From Spirochaetia bacterium (GTDB lineage: Bacteria; Spirochaetota; Spirochaetia; SP-2023): DNA of 64,000 nucleotides. The stretch is from positions 1,056,001 to 1,120,000 of the forward strand of contig CBDDCK010000005.1 of the NCBI GenBank assembly GCA_965225855.1, in the 5' to 3' direction. The notes beneath the pieces are model-generated. The model was not told the origin of the DNA, made no database searches, and saw nothing but the letters and a program-made list of their open reading frames with translations. The position numbers and the translations under genes were made by a program. Shown here one piece after another: positions 54,563 through 64,000 of the stretch (the stretch's first letter is position 1; each line of letters begins with the position of its first letter).

Positions 54563-55669
54563 ATGAACAAAATTTTATACAAAAGCGGGGTACTGCTGTG
54601 TACCTTGGCTATTTTCATGGGCTGTATGACTACAGCCAAAAGTTCTAGCTCGGAGAGCAAGAAAGAAGGTGATGTGTCTGAAGCACAGATGGCGCAGAAA
54701 ATTAAAGATTTCTATTCTGCAAAACCTGTTTACCACGACAATCCAGAAGATGTGCAGGTGATATGGCATGATTTTGATGCTTTTTGGGCTGCGGTAGATG
54801 CAGCCAAACAAGCCGATGGCAGCTATAACGAGCAAATTTTCTATGATAGTTATTTGGCCAATAAAAGCGGGGATTTAGATTCATATTCCGAAATTTTTTA
54901 CGGTAGCAAGGACGGAATGTACCAAAACTATCCTTTAATACCATTTTATCAAAGTTTTCGCTCCGCCCTTGGCGATAAGTCTATTTTTGATAAGCAAGTA
55001 TACATTGCCCATTTAAACAAGCTGAAAGAATATTACCCAGAGGCAAAATTCCCCAATGTTCACTTTCATATTGGCCATATGAAACAAGGAGGAACTGCTG
55101 TTCCGTTAGGCCTAATCTTAGGTCCCGAGGTGTTCCAAAAAGATACCAGTGCCGATTATTCTAAACTCGATGGCAAATTGGCAAAAATAGGCCCTGATTA
55201 TTTTGGCACTAGGCCCCGTACAAATCTGGAGCTTCTTACTATCCACGAATTAATGCACTTTCAGCAGCAATTGGTCAAGGATATGACTGTAAGTTATTTT
55301 AATCGAGATTTGTTATATACCAGCTTAATAGAAGGTACAGCAGAGTTTTTAAGTTACGTTATCACAGGGGAAGCATCTATGATTCAGATGACACAAGCGT
55401 ATGGCGAAGCCAATGAAACCGAGTTATGGCACAAGTTTAAGGAAGACCGCAAGGCTGGCAACCGAGTCGCTTGGCTTTACAATGCAACTAAAGATAGAGG
55501 CGGTGTTCCTGCCGATATGGGCTATTGGGTTGGCTTCCGCATAGCCAAAAGTTACTGGGACAATATGGCAGATAAGCAGCAAGCCTTCCGCGACATTTTG
55601 CTTTGGGACGATGCCGATGAGTTCTTAGAAAAATCGGGTTACGATGCGCTGCATTCTAAAAACAAGTAA
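54563..55669 (+). CDS. Lipoprotein, DUF2268/GldB-like putative Zn metalloprotease (paralog of 51724)
   Basis: Lipobox FMGC; HELMH, EGTAEF, DMGYWVG. Confidence 0.75.
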   Translation: MNKILYKSGVLLCTLAIFMGCMTTAKSSSSESKKEGDVSEAQMAQKIKDFYSAKPVYHDNPEDVQVIWHDFDAFWAAVDAAKQADGSYNEQIFYDSYLANKSGDLDSYSEIFYGSKDGMYQNYPLIPFYQSFRSALGDKSIFDKQVYIAHLNKLKEYYPEAKFPNVHFHIGHMKQGGTAVPLGLILGPEVFQKDTSADYSKLDGKLAKIGPDYFGTRPRTNLELLTIHELMHFQQQLVKDMTVSYFNRDLLYTSLIEGTAEFLSYVITGEASMIQMTQAYGEANETELWHKFKEDRKAGNRVAWLYNATKDRGGVPADMGYWVGFRIAKSYWDNMADKQQAFRDILLWDDADEFLEKSGYDALHSKNK

Positions 55670-55983
55670 TGGATTGAGCCCAAGCCCTACAGGAAATGTC
55701 CCATAACTAAGCGGGCAAACAGCCCCAATAAACTAGCTATTTTATAATTCCAGCCTTGGTATTTTGAGAATGCCAAGGCTGTAAATTTTTTTATTAAGGC
55801 TGTAAAAAAATTTATTAAGGCTGTAAAATTTTTTATCAAGGCTGCTTTTACTTAGTAGCAATGGGGCAGAGCAAAAATTAAGTAGGGAATGGGCTTGAAT
55901 AAAGCGATACATAGCTTTATATATTGGCAAAAATTTTGCATTAGATACTTGCCGAAAATTATAAAAACTATTATGCTAGACCA

Positions 55984-56676
55984 ATGGAACCATTAGAAAA
56001 ATCTTCTAGCGATGTAGTGGTAATCAAAGACATAGTAGAAAGCCTTTTAAAACAAACGCTAGCCAAGGAAATCCAATACCATCTTCGCAATCAATTGGCC
56101 GAGCAACAGGCCTTGCAAGCCAGCAGAAAAATACAAGAAAAGCCCGAATCGTTGAATAATATCTATGACCACCAGCTTTTTGAGCGTATGGTGCGGGTAG
56201 AAGAAGAGCTAAAACAAAACCAAGTAATACTGAAAGCGTTTATGCAGCAAATGGACAAACGCTTTGAAACTGTGCAGCAAAGCTTTGAAACAATGCAGCA
56301 AAACATAGACAAGCGTCTTGATATAATGCAGCAAAACATGGATAAACGCTTTGAGCAAGTGGATAAACGCTTTGAAACAATGCAGCAAAACATAGACAAG
56401 CGTCTTGATATAATGCAGCAAAATATGGATAAACGCTTTGAGCAAGTGGATAAACGCTTTGAAACAATGCAGCAAAACATGGATAAACGCCTTGAACAAG
56501 TGGATAAGCGTTTTGAACAAGTGGACAAACGCTTTGAAACAATGCAGCAAAGTATGGATAAACGCTTTGAAACAATGCAGCAAAACATAGACAAGCGCTT
56601 TTTGATGCTGCAATGGTTTATGGGTATTGGCTTTGGCCTAATTATTGGCATCTTGGGCTTGCTGAAACTTTCATAA
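55984..56676 (+). CDS. Bdr/DUF1640-like repeat protein
   Basis: DKRFE repeats and C-terminal TM segment. Confidence 0.8.
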   Translation: MEPLEKSSSDVVVIKDIVESLLKQTLAKEIQYHLRNQLAEQQALQASRKIQEKPESLNNIYDHQLFERMVRVEEELKQNQVILKAFMQQMDKRFETVQQSFETMQQNIDKRLDIMQQNMDKRFEQVDKRFETMQQNIDKRLDIMQQNMDKRFEQVDKRFETMQQNMDKRLEQVDKRFEQVDKRFETMQQSMDKRFETMQQNIDKRFLMLQWFMGIGFGLIIGILGLLKLS

Positions 56677-57067
56677 CTCAATAATCATTTTGCTATGTTA
56701 TTTAGGTGTATCTGTATAGTGAAGTTCTGTTTGTCTACTTAGTATAGGTAATATATAAATATGGATTGGGCATAAGCCCGCCAGGTAATTCCCCATAATA
56801 TAAGCGGGCAAATAAACTAGCTATTTGGTAAATACAGCCTTGGTATTTTGAGAATACCAAGGCTGCAAATTTTTTTATTAACTTGCTAAAAAAATTTATT
56901 AAGGCTGTAAAATTTTTTATCAAGTTGGCTTTTACTTAGTAGCAATGGGGCAGAGCAAAAATTAAGTAGGGAATGGGCTTGAATAAAGCGATACATAGCT
57001 TTATATATTGGCAAAAATTTTGCATTAGATACTTGCCGAAAATTATAAAAACTATTATGCTAGACCA

Positions 57068-57673
57068 ATGGAACCATTAGAAAAATCTTCTAGCGATGTA
57101 GTGGTAATCAAAGACATAGTAGAAAGCCTTTTAAAACAAACGCTAGCCAAGGAAATCCAATACCATCTTCGCAATCAATTGGCCGAGCAACAGGCCTTGC
57201 AAGCCAGCAGAAAAATACAAGAAAAGCCCGAATCGTCTAACAATATCTATGACCACCAGCTTTTTGAGCGTATGGTGCGGGTAGAAGAAGAGCTAAAACA
57301 AAACCAAGTAATACTGAAAGCGTTTATGCAGCAAATGGACAAACGCTTTGAAATTGTGCAGCAAAGCTTTGAAACAATGCAGCAAAACATAGACAAGCGT
57401 CTTGATATAATGCAGCAAAACATGGATAAACGCTTTGAGCAAATGGATAAACGCTTTGAAACAATGCAGCAAAACATGGATAAACGCCTTGAACAAGTGG
57501 ATAAGCGTTTTGAACAAGTGGACAAACGCTTTGAAACAATGCAGCAAAGTATGGATAAACGCTTTGAAACAATGCAGCAAAACATAGACAAGCGCTTTTT
57601 GATGCTGCAATGGTTTATAGGTATTGGCTTTGGCCTAATTATTGGCATCTTGGGCTTGCTGAAACTTTCATAA
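57068..57673 (+). CDS. Bdr/DUF1640-like repeat protein (tandem duplicate of 55984, 29 aa shorter)
   Basis: Near-identical flanks, 1084-bp start-to-start period. Confidence 0.8.
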   Translation: MEPLEKSSSDVVVIKDIVESLLKQTLAKEIQYHLRNQLAEQQALQASRKIQEKPESSNNIYDHQLFERMVRVEEELKQNQVILKAFMQQMDKRFEIVQQSFETMQQNIDKRLDIMQQNMDKRFEQMDKRFETMQQNMDKRLEQVDKRFEQVDKRFETMQQSMDKRFETMQQNIDKRFLMLQWFIGIGFGLIIGILGLLKLS

Positions 57674-58158
57674 CTCAATAATCATTTTGCTATGTTATTT
57701 AGGTGTATCTGTATAGTGAAGTTCTGTTTGTCTACTTAGTATAGGTAATATATAAATATGGATTGGGCATAAGCCCGCCAGGTAATTCCCCATAATATAA
57801 GCGGGCAAATAAACTAGCTATTTGGTAAATACAGCCTTGGTATTTTGAGAATACCAAGGCTGCAAATTTTTTTATTAACTTGCTAAAAAAATTTATTAAG
57901 GCTGTAAAATTTTTTATCAAGTTGGCTTTTACTTAGTAGCAATGGGGCAGAGCAAAAATTAAGTAGGGCAGTGCCTTTGGGCAACAAAGTTGATTATAGC
58001 TGGCTGGTTGGCAACAACTTTGGTAAGGCTAGCTAAAAAGTAATATAGTGCTAGGTTTTAAAATATTAATTTACGAGCAAATGCTATTGCCTATAATCTT
58101 TGTATAGGTATACTCGATTGCAAATGAAATTGGCACATGGTAGTTAGGAGATTGGCAA

Positions 58159-59421
58159 TTGATGGCTGACGATTCTAGTGGCTCTAGCAAGATATGGCCT
58201 GTGGCTGGTGGCCATATTTGCAGCCCCAAAGGTTTTTTTGCCGATGGTGTTGCTGCTGGTTTGCGCCCAGCTACGCCAGAAAGGTTGGACTTAGCGGTGT
58301 TGTATTCACAGCAGCTAGCTAATGCTGCCGGTGTGTTTACTCAAAATTTGTTCTGTGCTGCGCCTGTAATTGTTAGCCGCAATGCTCTACACAAACAGGG
58401 AAAGTTGCAGGCGTTGCTGTGCAACAGTGGCCAGGCCAATGCGGGTACGGGTGAACAGGGCCTAGAGCTATCGTATTGGAAACAACAGATTTTGCAGCAA
58501 AGGCTGCAGCTTGCCGAGCCTCATCATGCTGCGGTGATGTCCACAGGGGTGATTGGCGAGATTCCCGACCAGCAAAAAATTGCCCAGGGCCTAGAAAAAA
58601 TCCAGCTAGCTAGCGATGCTGCGGCAGCCCAACGGTTTAGCCAAGCTATTTTGACCACGGATACTTGCACGAAGAACAGCTGCTACCGTTTGCAAATAGA
58701 TGGGCAAATGGTAACTTTGGCGGGCAGTGCCAAGGGTTCGGGCATGATTCATCCGAATATGGCAACCATGCTAGCGTTTATTTGCACCGATGCTGTGGTT
58801 GAGCCGGTGTTTTTGCAAAAATTATTGCGCTCTAGCGTAGAGCGTTCGTTCAACCGCATTAGTGTCGATGGCGATACTTCAACCAATGATACCGTATTGA
58901 TTTTTGCCAATGGTTTAGCGGGCAACCAATTGCTAGAGCAAAGCCACCCTCAATGGCAGGTTTTTCAACAAGCGCTAGAGCATTTGTGTTGCGATTTGGC
59001 CAAGGCTATTGTCCGCGATGGTGAGGGTGCTAGCAAATTTATTGAAGTGGAAGTAGTGGGTGCTCCAACCGAACAAGATGCGGCGTTGTGTGCTCGGCAT
59101 GTGGTTTCATCAAACTTATTTAAAGTGGCGATGTTTGGTGAAGATATGAATTGGGGGCGGATTGCTTGCGCTGTAGGTAACAGCGGGGCCAATATCTCCA
59201 CCGAAAAGCTTAGCATTAGCGTTGGTAAAGCCACCGATACAATTTGTGTGTTGGCTTGTAACCGCCCACAGAACTTTAGTGAACAATGGGCTAGCCGGTT
59301 GTTAGCGCAGGCAGAAATTTATATTTGCATTGATTTGCACCAAGGGTTAAGTACGGCAACGGCTTGGGGCAGCGATTTATCCTTGGATTATGTGCGTATC
59401 AATGCCGACAAGCGTTCTTAA
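58159..59421 (+). CDS. argJ: Ornithine acetyltransferase / glutamate N-acetyltransferase
   Basis: AAGVFTQN, AILTTDT, KGSGMIHPNMATML, DGDTSTND, DGEGASK. Confidence 0.95.
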   Translation: MMADDSSGSSKIWPVAGGHICSPKGFFADGVAAGLRPATPERLDLAVLYSQQLANAAGVFTQNLFCAAPVIVSRNALHKQGKLQALLCNSGQANAGTGEQGLELSYWKQQILQQRLQLAEPHHAAVMSTGVIGEIPDQQKIAQGLEKIQLASDAAAAQRFSQAILTTDTCTKNSCYRLQIDGQMVTLAGSAKGSGMIHPNMATMLAFICTDAVVEPVFLQKLLRSSVERSFNRISVDGDTSTNDTVLIFANGLAGNQLLEQSHPQWQVFQQALEHLCCDLAKAIVRDGEGASKFIEVEVVGAPTEQDAALCARHVVSSNLFKVAMFGEDMNWGRIACAVGNSGANISTEKLSISVGKATDTICVLACNRPQNFSEQWASRLLAQAEIYICIDLHQGLSTATAWGSDLSLDYVRINADKRS

Positions 59422-59452
59422 AAAATATAATTCAAGCTATAAGAGATGATAG

Positions 59453-59689
59453 ATGAAAACAATAACTTGTAAAAGTCTTGGTGGGGCTTGTGATAAAGAG
59501 TTTACGGTAAACACGTTTGACGAGCTGGTAGAACAGCTAAAAGCCCACGGTATGGAAATGTTTATGGCCCAGGAACCAGCCCATATGGGCCTGGCCCAAC
59601 AGATAATCGAGCTGATGCAAGACCCGCTAAAAATGCAGCAATTTTATGAAGAAAAGCGAAAGTTGTTCGAGCAGCTACCTTCTAACTAA
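59453..59689 (+). CDS. DUF1059-like small metal-binding protein
   Basis: MKTITCKSLGGACD...H pattern. Confidence 0.7.
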   Translation: MKTITCKSLGGACDKEFTVNTFDELVEQLKAHGMEMFMAQEPAHMGLAQQIIELMQDPLKMQQFYEEKRKLFEQLPSN

Positions 59690-59693
59690 GCAA

Positions 59694-61289
59694 TTACAAA
59701 CCGCAAGCCCGAAAGAAACGCTGCCAAGTTTCCAAGTTACCGAGTGTGGCGCAGTGGCGCAAACCTTCTACAAATACGTGTGCGATTTGTTGTTGTAAAA
59801 AGCCTTGGAGCCCGGTTTTTTGGTTGGTTTGTAATTGCTTGGGCAGCTTACTTTGCAGGCGATAAAGCCAAGGTAGATGTTGTTGCAATGCAAGCTCATC
59901 GTCTTGGGCTTGCCCTTGTAAATAAGCGGCCATCAGTTGCATTTCTTGTTTTAGTCGGCCTGGCAAAATGGCTAAACCCATTACTTCAATTAAACCGATG
60001 TTTTCTTTTTTTATGTGGTGTATTTCTGCGTGCGGGTGGAAAATGCCGAAAGGGTGGTTTTCATTACAGCGATTGTTGCGCAGCACTAAGAAAAATTCAT
60101 AGACTCTGCCTGTCCAGCGCACGATAGGGGTAATGGTATTATGTGGTATTGGGTTGCCACCATCAGGGCTATCACTTTGGGCCAATATTTGAATACTTTG
60201 ATCTGAATATCTGCGCCAAGATTCGAGGATTTGGCAAGCCAAATCTAGTAACGGTTCTGTATTATTGGCCCCACAGCTAAGCTTAATGCAAGACATGGGC
60301 CATTGTAAAATTTCAATTTTCATCTTGGCTTTTAGTTGTTTTGTGCTTGCTATCATTTCTTCCATAGAAAATAATACAGCAGCGCGAAACATAGGGAATT
60401 GGTAACAGCCGGCTTGAAAATGGTGGTGGCTTAGTATCGAACCCCCAACAATCGGCAAGTCGGCATTCGAGCCAACCATGTAATGGGGAAACTGGCGTAT
60501 AAAATCAAACAATTCGGCAAAGGCTTCTCGGTTGATTTGCATGGGCTTATGTTCTTTGGAAAGCAATATACTGTGTTCTGGATAGTAGAGATACGGTGAA
60601 TATTGCAGAGCAAAATCTTTGCCATTGAGTTGCAATTCTACCACTCGGTGGTTGAAACGCGGCGGCCAAGACAAATGCCCTGGGTAGCCTTCGTTTTCAA
60701 TGCACAAAACACACTGGGGGTAACCACTGTTTTTGTTTTGGCTAGCCGCTACAATAGCCTTAGGGTCTTTTTCCGGCTTGGATAAATTGATGGTAATCTC
60801 TAACTCAATGCCATCGCAGTTGCTATGCCAAGATAGATTTTGAGCTAGACGATCATTGCGAATATAAGCTGCATGCTGTGATATTTGGTAGAAAAAATCT
60901 GTAGCATTCTTAGACCCCTGCTTATTGTATAATTGCCAAAAATGCTGCTCTAACGTACTAGCCAATGGCATGAGTTGGCCCAATAAATTCCCCAAAAACA
61001 AATCCATTTCGCTAACGCTGTTAGCGTCATATAAGCGCTGCAGCGCAGCCCAATCGAGCAATGGCTGTACTAAACTGTAAATATCTGTGTTATCATCTTC
61101 ATAAGCTATTGGCTTATTTTGTCCATCACTACCTGCTAATTGTAAAAATAAATAAAGGCGCCCACGCGCTACCAAACGGTCGCGAGAATGTAAAAGTAAA
61201 TGTTTTTGGGCAAAGTCCAACAAAGCCTCAATATTTTGGTAAATATCTGGCATCGTATTCTCAACATTCATGCAATTCCCGAACACCAT
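59694..61289 (-). CDS. galT: Galactose-1-phosphate uridylyltransferase (class II)
   Basis: ITINLSKPEKDPK, CVLCIENEGY, NADLPIVGGSILSHHHFQ, HIKKENIGLIEVMG. Confidence 0.93.
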   Translation of the reverse strand: MVFGNCMNVENTMPDIYQNIEALLDFAQKHLLLHSRDRLVARGRLYLFLQLAGSDGQNKPIAYEDDNTDIYSLVQPLLDWAALQRLYDANSVSEMDLFLGNLLGQLMPLASTLEQHFWQLYNKQGSKNATDFFYQISQHAAYIRNDRLAQNLSWHSNCDGIELEITINLSKPEKDPKAIVAASQNKNSGYPQCVLCIENEGYPGHLSWPPRFNHRVVELQLNGKDFALQYSPYLYYPEHSILLSKEHKPMQINREAFAELFDFIRQFPHYMVGSNADLPIVGGSILSHHHFQAGCYQFPMFRAAVLFSMEEMIASTKQLKAKMKIEILQWPMSCIKLSCGANNTEPLLDLACQILESWRRYSDQSIQILAQSDSPDGGNPIPHNTITPIVRWTGRVYEFFLVLRNNRCNENHPFGIFHPHAEIHHIKKENIGLIEVMGLAILPGRLKQEMQLMAAYLQGQAQDDELALQQHLPWLYRLQSKLPKQLQTNQKTGLQGFLQQQIAHVFVEGLRHCATLGNLETWQRFFRACGL

Positions 61290-62499
61290 CTACAGCATCG
61301 GAAAGATAAAATTCAGGCTTCCAGCCAAATTGTTGGCAATAGACATTGGCGATGCGCTGTTGCAACTGCTCGAATACACAGCTATCACTTTTTTTAATAA
61401 GGGCAATCGCACAACCACCAAAACCAGCCCCCGTCATGCGAGCACCCAATACCAAGCTTTCTTGTTCTAACAAGGCAACCAAACTATCCAGATGAGGGCC
61501 GCTAACTTGATAATCATCGCGCAATGAAGCATGGGAAGCGCTAAGTAAATTACCTAATTGAACCCAATCTTTAGCCTTCATGGCAGCTGCTGCAGCATGG
61601 GTACGGTGGTTTTCTCTAACGACATGGCAAACCCGTTTTTGCAAAGTTTTCTCTCCTTGCAACAATTCCAGTGCAAGCTCGAATTCCCCTTTGGGACTAG
61701 ATTCACTTATGCTGCACAAGTTTTGTTTTTGCGCAAAAGCTGAATTTTGTTGCAGCATTTGCAGTGCCGCCTCACATTCTCTGCGGCGTTCATTATACTT
61801 GGACTCTTGCAATTTACGTGGCAATTTGGTATTGGCGATCAACAATGCATGTTCACCCAGCTCTAAAGGAATTTGCTGATATTCCAAAGTGGCACAATCT
61901 AATAAGCAAGCTTGTTGGGCCTTTGCTACAGCAATAATAAATTGATCCATGATGCCACAATTCATGCCGCAAAATTCATTTTCTGCTTGTTGGGCCAATA
62001 CCGCTAGCTGCTCTCGACTAAGCATAACATTATGGTAACTTTGCAATATGTAGCACATTAAAACTTCTATCGAAGCCGAAGACGAAAGACCAGAACCCCC
62101 TGTTGGCAAATTGCCAAAAAAAACAATATCAAGCCCCTGCGATAATCCATTAAACTCTTTGGGCCAGCTTTGTTGTTGTAATATAGAAAGTACACCTAAA
62201 GGATAATTGCACCAATTTTGTTGTGCCTGGTAACCAAAGTCTAACATATTGTACGTTTGAGGCTCGCACTTTGAAAAGTTATGTGAATATAGACGCAGAT
62301 TGTGGTCTTGGCGTTGGCCTACCGCAGCTACAGTGCCCAAACTAATCGCACAAGGAAATACTAAACCACCGTTATAATCAATGTGCTCGCCAATAATATT
62401 GATGCGCCCGGGAGCAAAAAAAACCTTATCATTTGGATAGCCATATAGTTGTTCAAATTGTTCACAGCAAATGCTTACCAATGTTGTATAAGATTTCAT
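61261..62499 (-). CDS. galK: Galactokinase
   Basis: APGRINIIGEHIDYNGG, GLSSSAS, CGIMDQ, GARMTGAGFGG. Confidence 0.96.
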   Translation of the reverse strand: MKSYTTLVSICCEQFEQLYGYPNDKVFFAPGRINIIGEHIDYNGGLVFPCAISLGTVAAVGQRQDHNLRLYSHNFSKCEPQTYNMLDFGYQAQQNWCNYPLGVLSILQQQSWPKEFNGLSQGLDIVFFGNLPTGGSGLSSSASIEVLMCYILQSYHNVMLSREQLAVLAQQAENEFCGMNCGIMDQFIIAVAKAQQACLLDCATLEYQQIPLELGEHALLIANTKLPRKLQESKYNERRRECEAALQMLQQNSAFAQKQNLCSISESSPKGEFELALELLQGEKTLQKRVCHVVRENHRTHAAAAAMKAKDWVQLGNLLSASHASLRDDYQVSGPHLDSLVALLEQESLVLGARMTGAGFGGCAIALIKKSDSCVFEQLQQRIANVYCQQFGWKPEFYLSDAVDGVRELHEC

Positions 62500-62541
62500 G
62501 TTATATAAGATTTCATAGCGAAAACCAATCTCTATCCTATA

Positions 62542-63036
62542 TTATAATGGGCTCACAGACCAAAGTTCTGAATACTTTACACAGTGAATGGCAACACTTT
62601 TGTACTTTGTTAAGTCTACATTGGCAGGCACCTTCAAAGTGATAGGCCCTTTCAATTTGCCCCAGAAAGCTTTGCGCTTCAATCTACCAATTTTGATAGC
62701 CCCTTTCATGGCATTTTTGTCATTTAAGCTGCTGGCCTTTTGAGGCGAAAAAATAACATATAAATCCGGGCCGTTGGTGGTAGAAAAATCCTGCCCCAAT
62801 TGAAACTGAATTTGCTGTTGCAATGGATTTTGAATAAGGGCCCATTGGCCTTGGGTGGCAAAATGTACTTTGGTCCAACTGCCTTGTTTAATGATTTGGG
62901 TTTGCGAATCTTGAGCAAACAACGCAAATGAGTTTAATAAAATTTGCATGAAAGCAAGCAACAAAACAGCTCCCCGCTTGGAAAAGGCAAGGCAACGAAA
63001 AAATGGCCATAAACCAAAGAATAAGTATTTCAACAT
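62542..63036 (-). CDS. DM13 domain exported protein
   Basis: GPDLYV...DLTKYKSVAIHC motif; signal peptide. Confidence 0.8.
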   Translation of the reverse strand: MLKYLFFGLWPFFRCLAFSKRGAVLLLAFMQILLNSFALFAQDSQTQIIKQGSWTKVHFATQGQWALIQNPLQQQIQFQLGQDFSTTNGPDLYVIFSPQKASSLNDKNAMKGAIKIGRLKRKAFWGKLKGPITLKVPANVDLTKYKSVAIHCVKYSELWSVSPL

Positions 63037-63625
63037 CAGAGATTTCCTTTCAGTAAGTTTTTAAAGTAACATGCAACATACAGTAAGAGCCACGACATTG
63101 TCAAGTATTTTTTGATAAACAGTAGGATTGGCCCCACAATATTGTTGCTTATTTCCTTATTTGGTGTATTTAGCCTACAACAAATAAAGCAGTTGCCTCC
63201 CTGCTTTGCTGCTTTTTTACTGCTTGGCTCTAGCGGCTCACAAACCATAATTTACTACCAAAACTTTAGAATTAAAATGATTTCATACAATAGTTTGGCC
63301 TAAACAAGCTTAGAGCCAAAGTTATTTGCGCCTTGGCTAAATACTACGCAAAGAGCTCGGGGAATATACGGGAATAACTTTGGCGATATACCCAAGTGCA
63401 TATCCAGCAACCAAAGCCCCGCCATTGGGCCCTAATACCAGCTGTTTGATCCTAATAAAGTGGGGGTTTTGGCGGGGCTTTAATTCTTGGCAGCCAACAA
63501 AAAACCAAAAAAATCGGCAAAGTACTTGACACTATTCCCCCTTCAAACATAATGGGCAGAGCAATTATAGCCCATAGGGGTTTGTAAATCTACATTTGAA
63601 AAGGTGAATTCAGTGATGAATAAAG

Positions 63626-64000
63626 ATGAATAAAGATAAATACCACGGAGTAGCCGCTGTATTCAGCCTAGTATTATTGGCACTAATGGCCTGTAGCCCG
63701 ATAGAACAGAGTGGTAAAGGCGATACCGTAAAGTTAAAAAAGTACCGCATCAAGTACATCCAAGAGAGAGATGAGCCCAAGTATAAACTTAGCGAGTGGA
63801 ACGGCAATGTTTTGATATACTATAAATCGGATGGTTCTGCTTTTGGTAAATACTGCTTTGAAGGCGCAGGCAATGGCATTATTCCCTATGATAGTTTGTT
63901 TGAGGTTGGCTTAAAAGATGATAAAGAGAAGCTAGTTTATGAGCGGAAAGACGATGTTTTAAAGGGATACAGTACTTCAGGAGTTCTTACCATTACCTTT
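63626..64000 (+). CDS. Lipoprotein (partial, runs off the right edge)
   Basis: MNKDKYHGVAAVFSLVLLALMAC lipobox; frame open to the window end. Confidence 0.65.
   Translation, partial: MNKDKYHGVAAVFSLVLLALMACSPIEQSGKGDTVKLKKYRIKYIQERDEPKYKLSEWNGNVLIYYKSDGSAFGKYCFEGAGNGIIPYDSLFEVGLKDDKEKLVYERKDDVLKGYSTSGVLTITF

Larger units (their letters stand above)
47724..57927. repeat. Dispersed intergenic element: hairpin plus 21-bp phased AAGGCT repeats, 8 copies
   Basis: Copies at ~47724, 49813, 51329, 52911, 54258, 55751, 56835 and 57832. Consensus AGCCTTGGTATT-ttgag-AATACCAAGGCT followed by several 21-bp units of AAGGCT with A/T tracts. Confidence 0.85.

Noticed and set aside
51724..55669. Diversity-generating retroelement TR/VR pair
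   Set aside because: No reverse transcriptase; differences are not adenine-specific and include indels
47606..57920. Minus-strand heptad ORFs (SLAKKIYSLDKK...) and antisense ORFs over the Bdr-like and lipoprotein genes
   Set aside because: By-products of 21-, 33- and 54-bp DNA periodicity
47724..57927. Integron attC array or mini-CRISPR interpretation of the dispersed element
   Set aside because: No convincing RYYYAAC...GTTRRRY pairing, no integrase in the window, no unique spacers between units

Overview
Chromosomal segment of a probable spirochaete (inferred from pcs, tandem lepB, Bdr-like repeat proteins, an HU/Ig-like protein and many lipoproteins). Its centre is an AT-rich type V-A CRISPR locus on the minus strand. 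In order of transcription it holds an RNase H-fold ORF, a truncated cas4 (no cas1/cas2 in the window), a ~20.3 kb array (~320-325 copies of a 36-bp Cas12a-type repeat), an unusually long Cas12a (1568 aa) and a second RuvC effector (1202 aa). The second effector resembles the Cas12a2-related Smithella/Cms1 clade (Cas12a3, RNA-triggered). A cluster of old spacers translates into Microviridae major-capsid motifs. Flanks carry housekeeping genes (recB, nrnA-like DHH, pcs, two lepB, xth, fabF/fabD/GNAT, UvrD/Rep, folE-like, argJ, galT, galK). A ~10 kb plastic region (47.7-58 kb) holds duplicated lipoprotein, metalloprotease and Bdr-like genes punctuated by eight copies of a hairpin plus 21-bp phased-repeat element. 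All family assignments come from motif recognition by eye; no searches were run.
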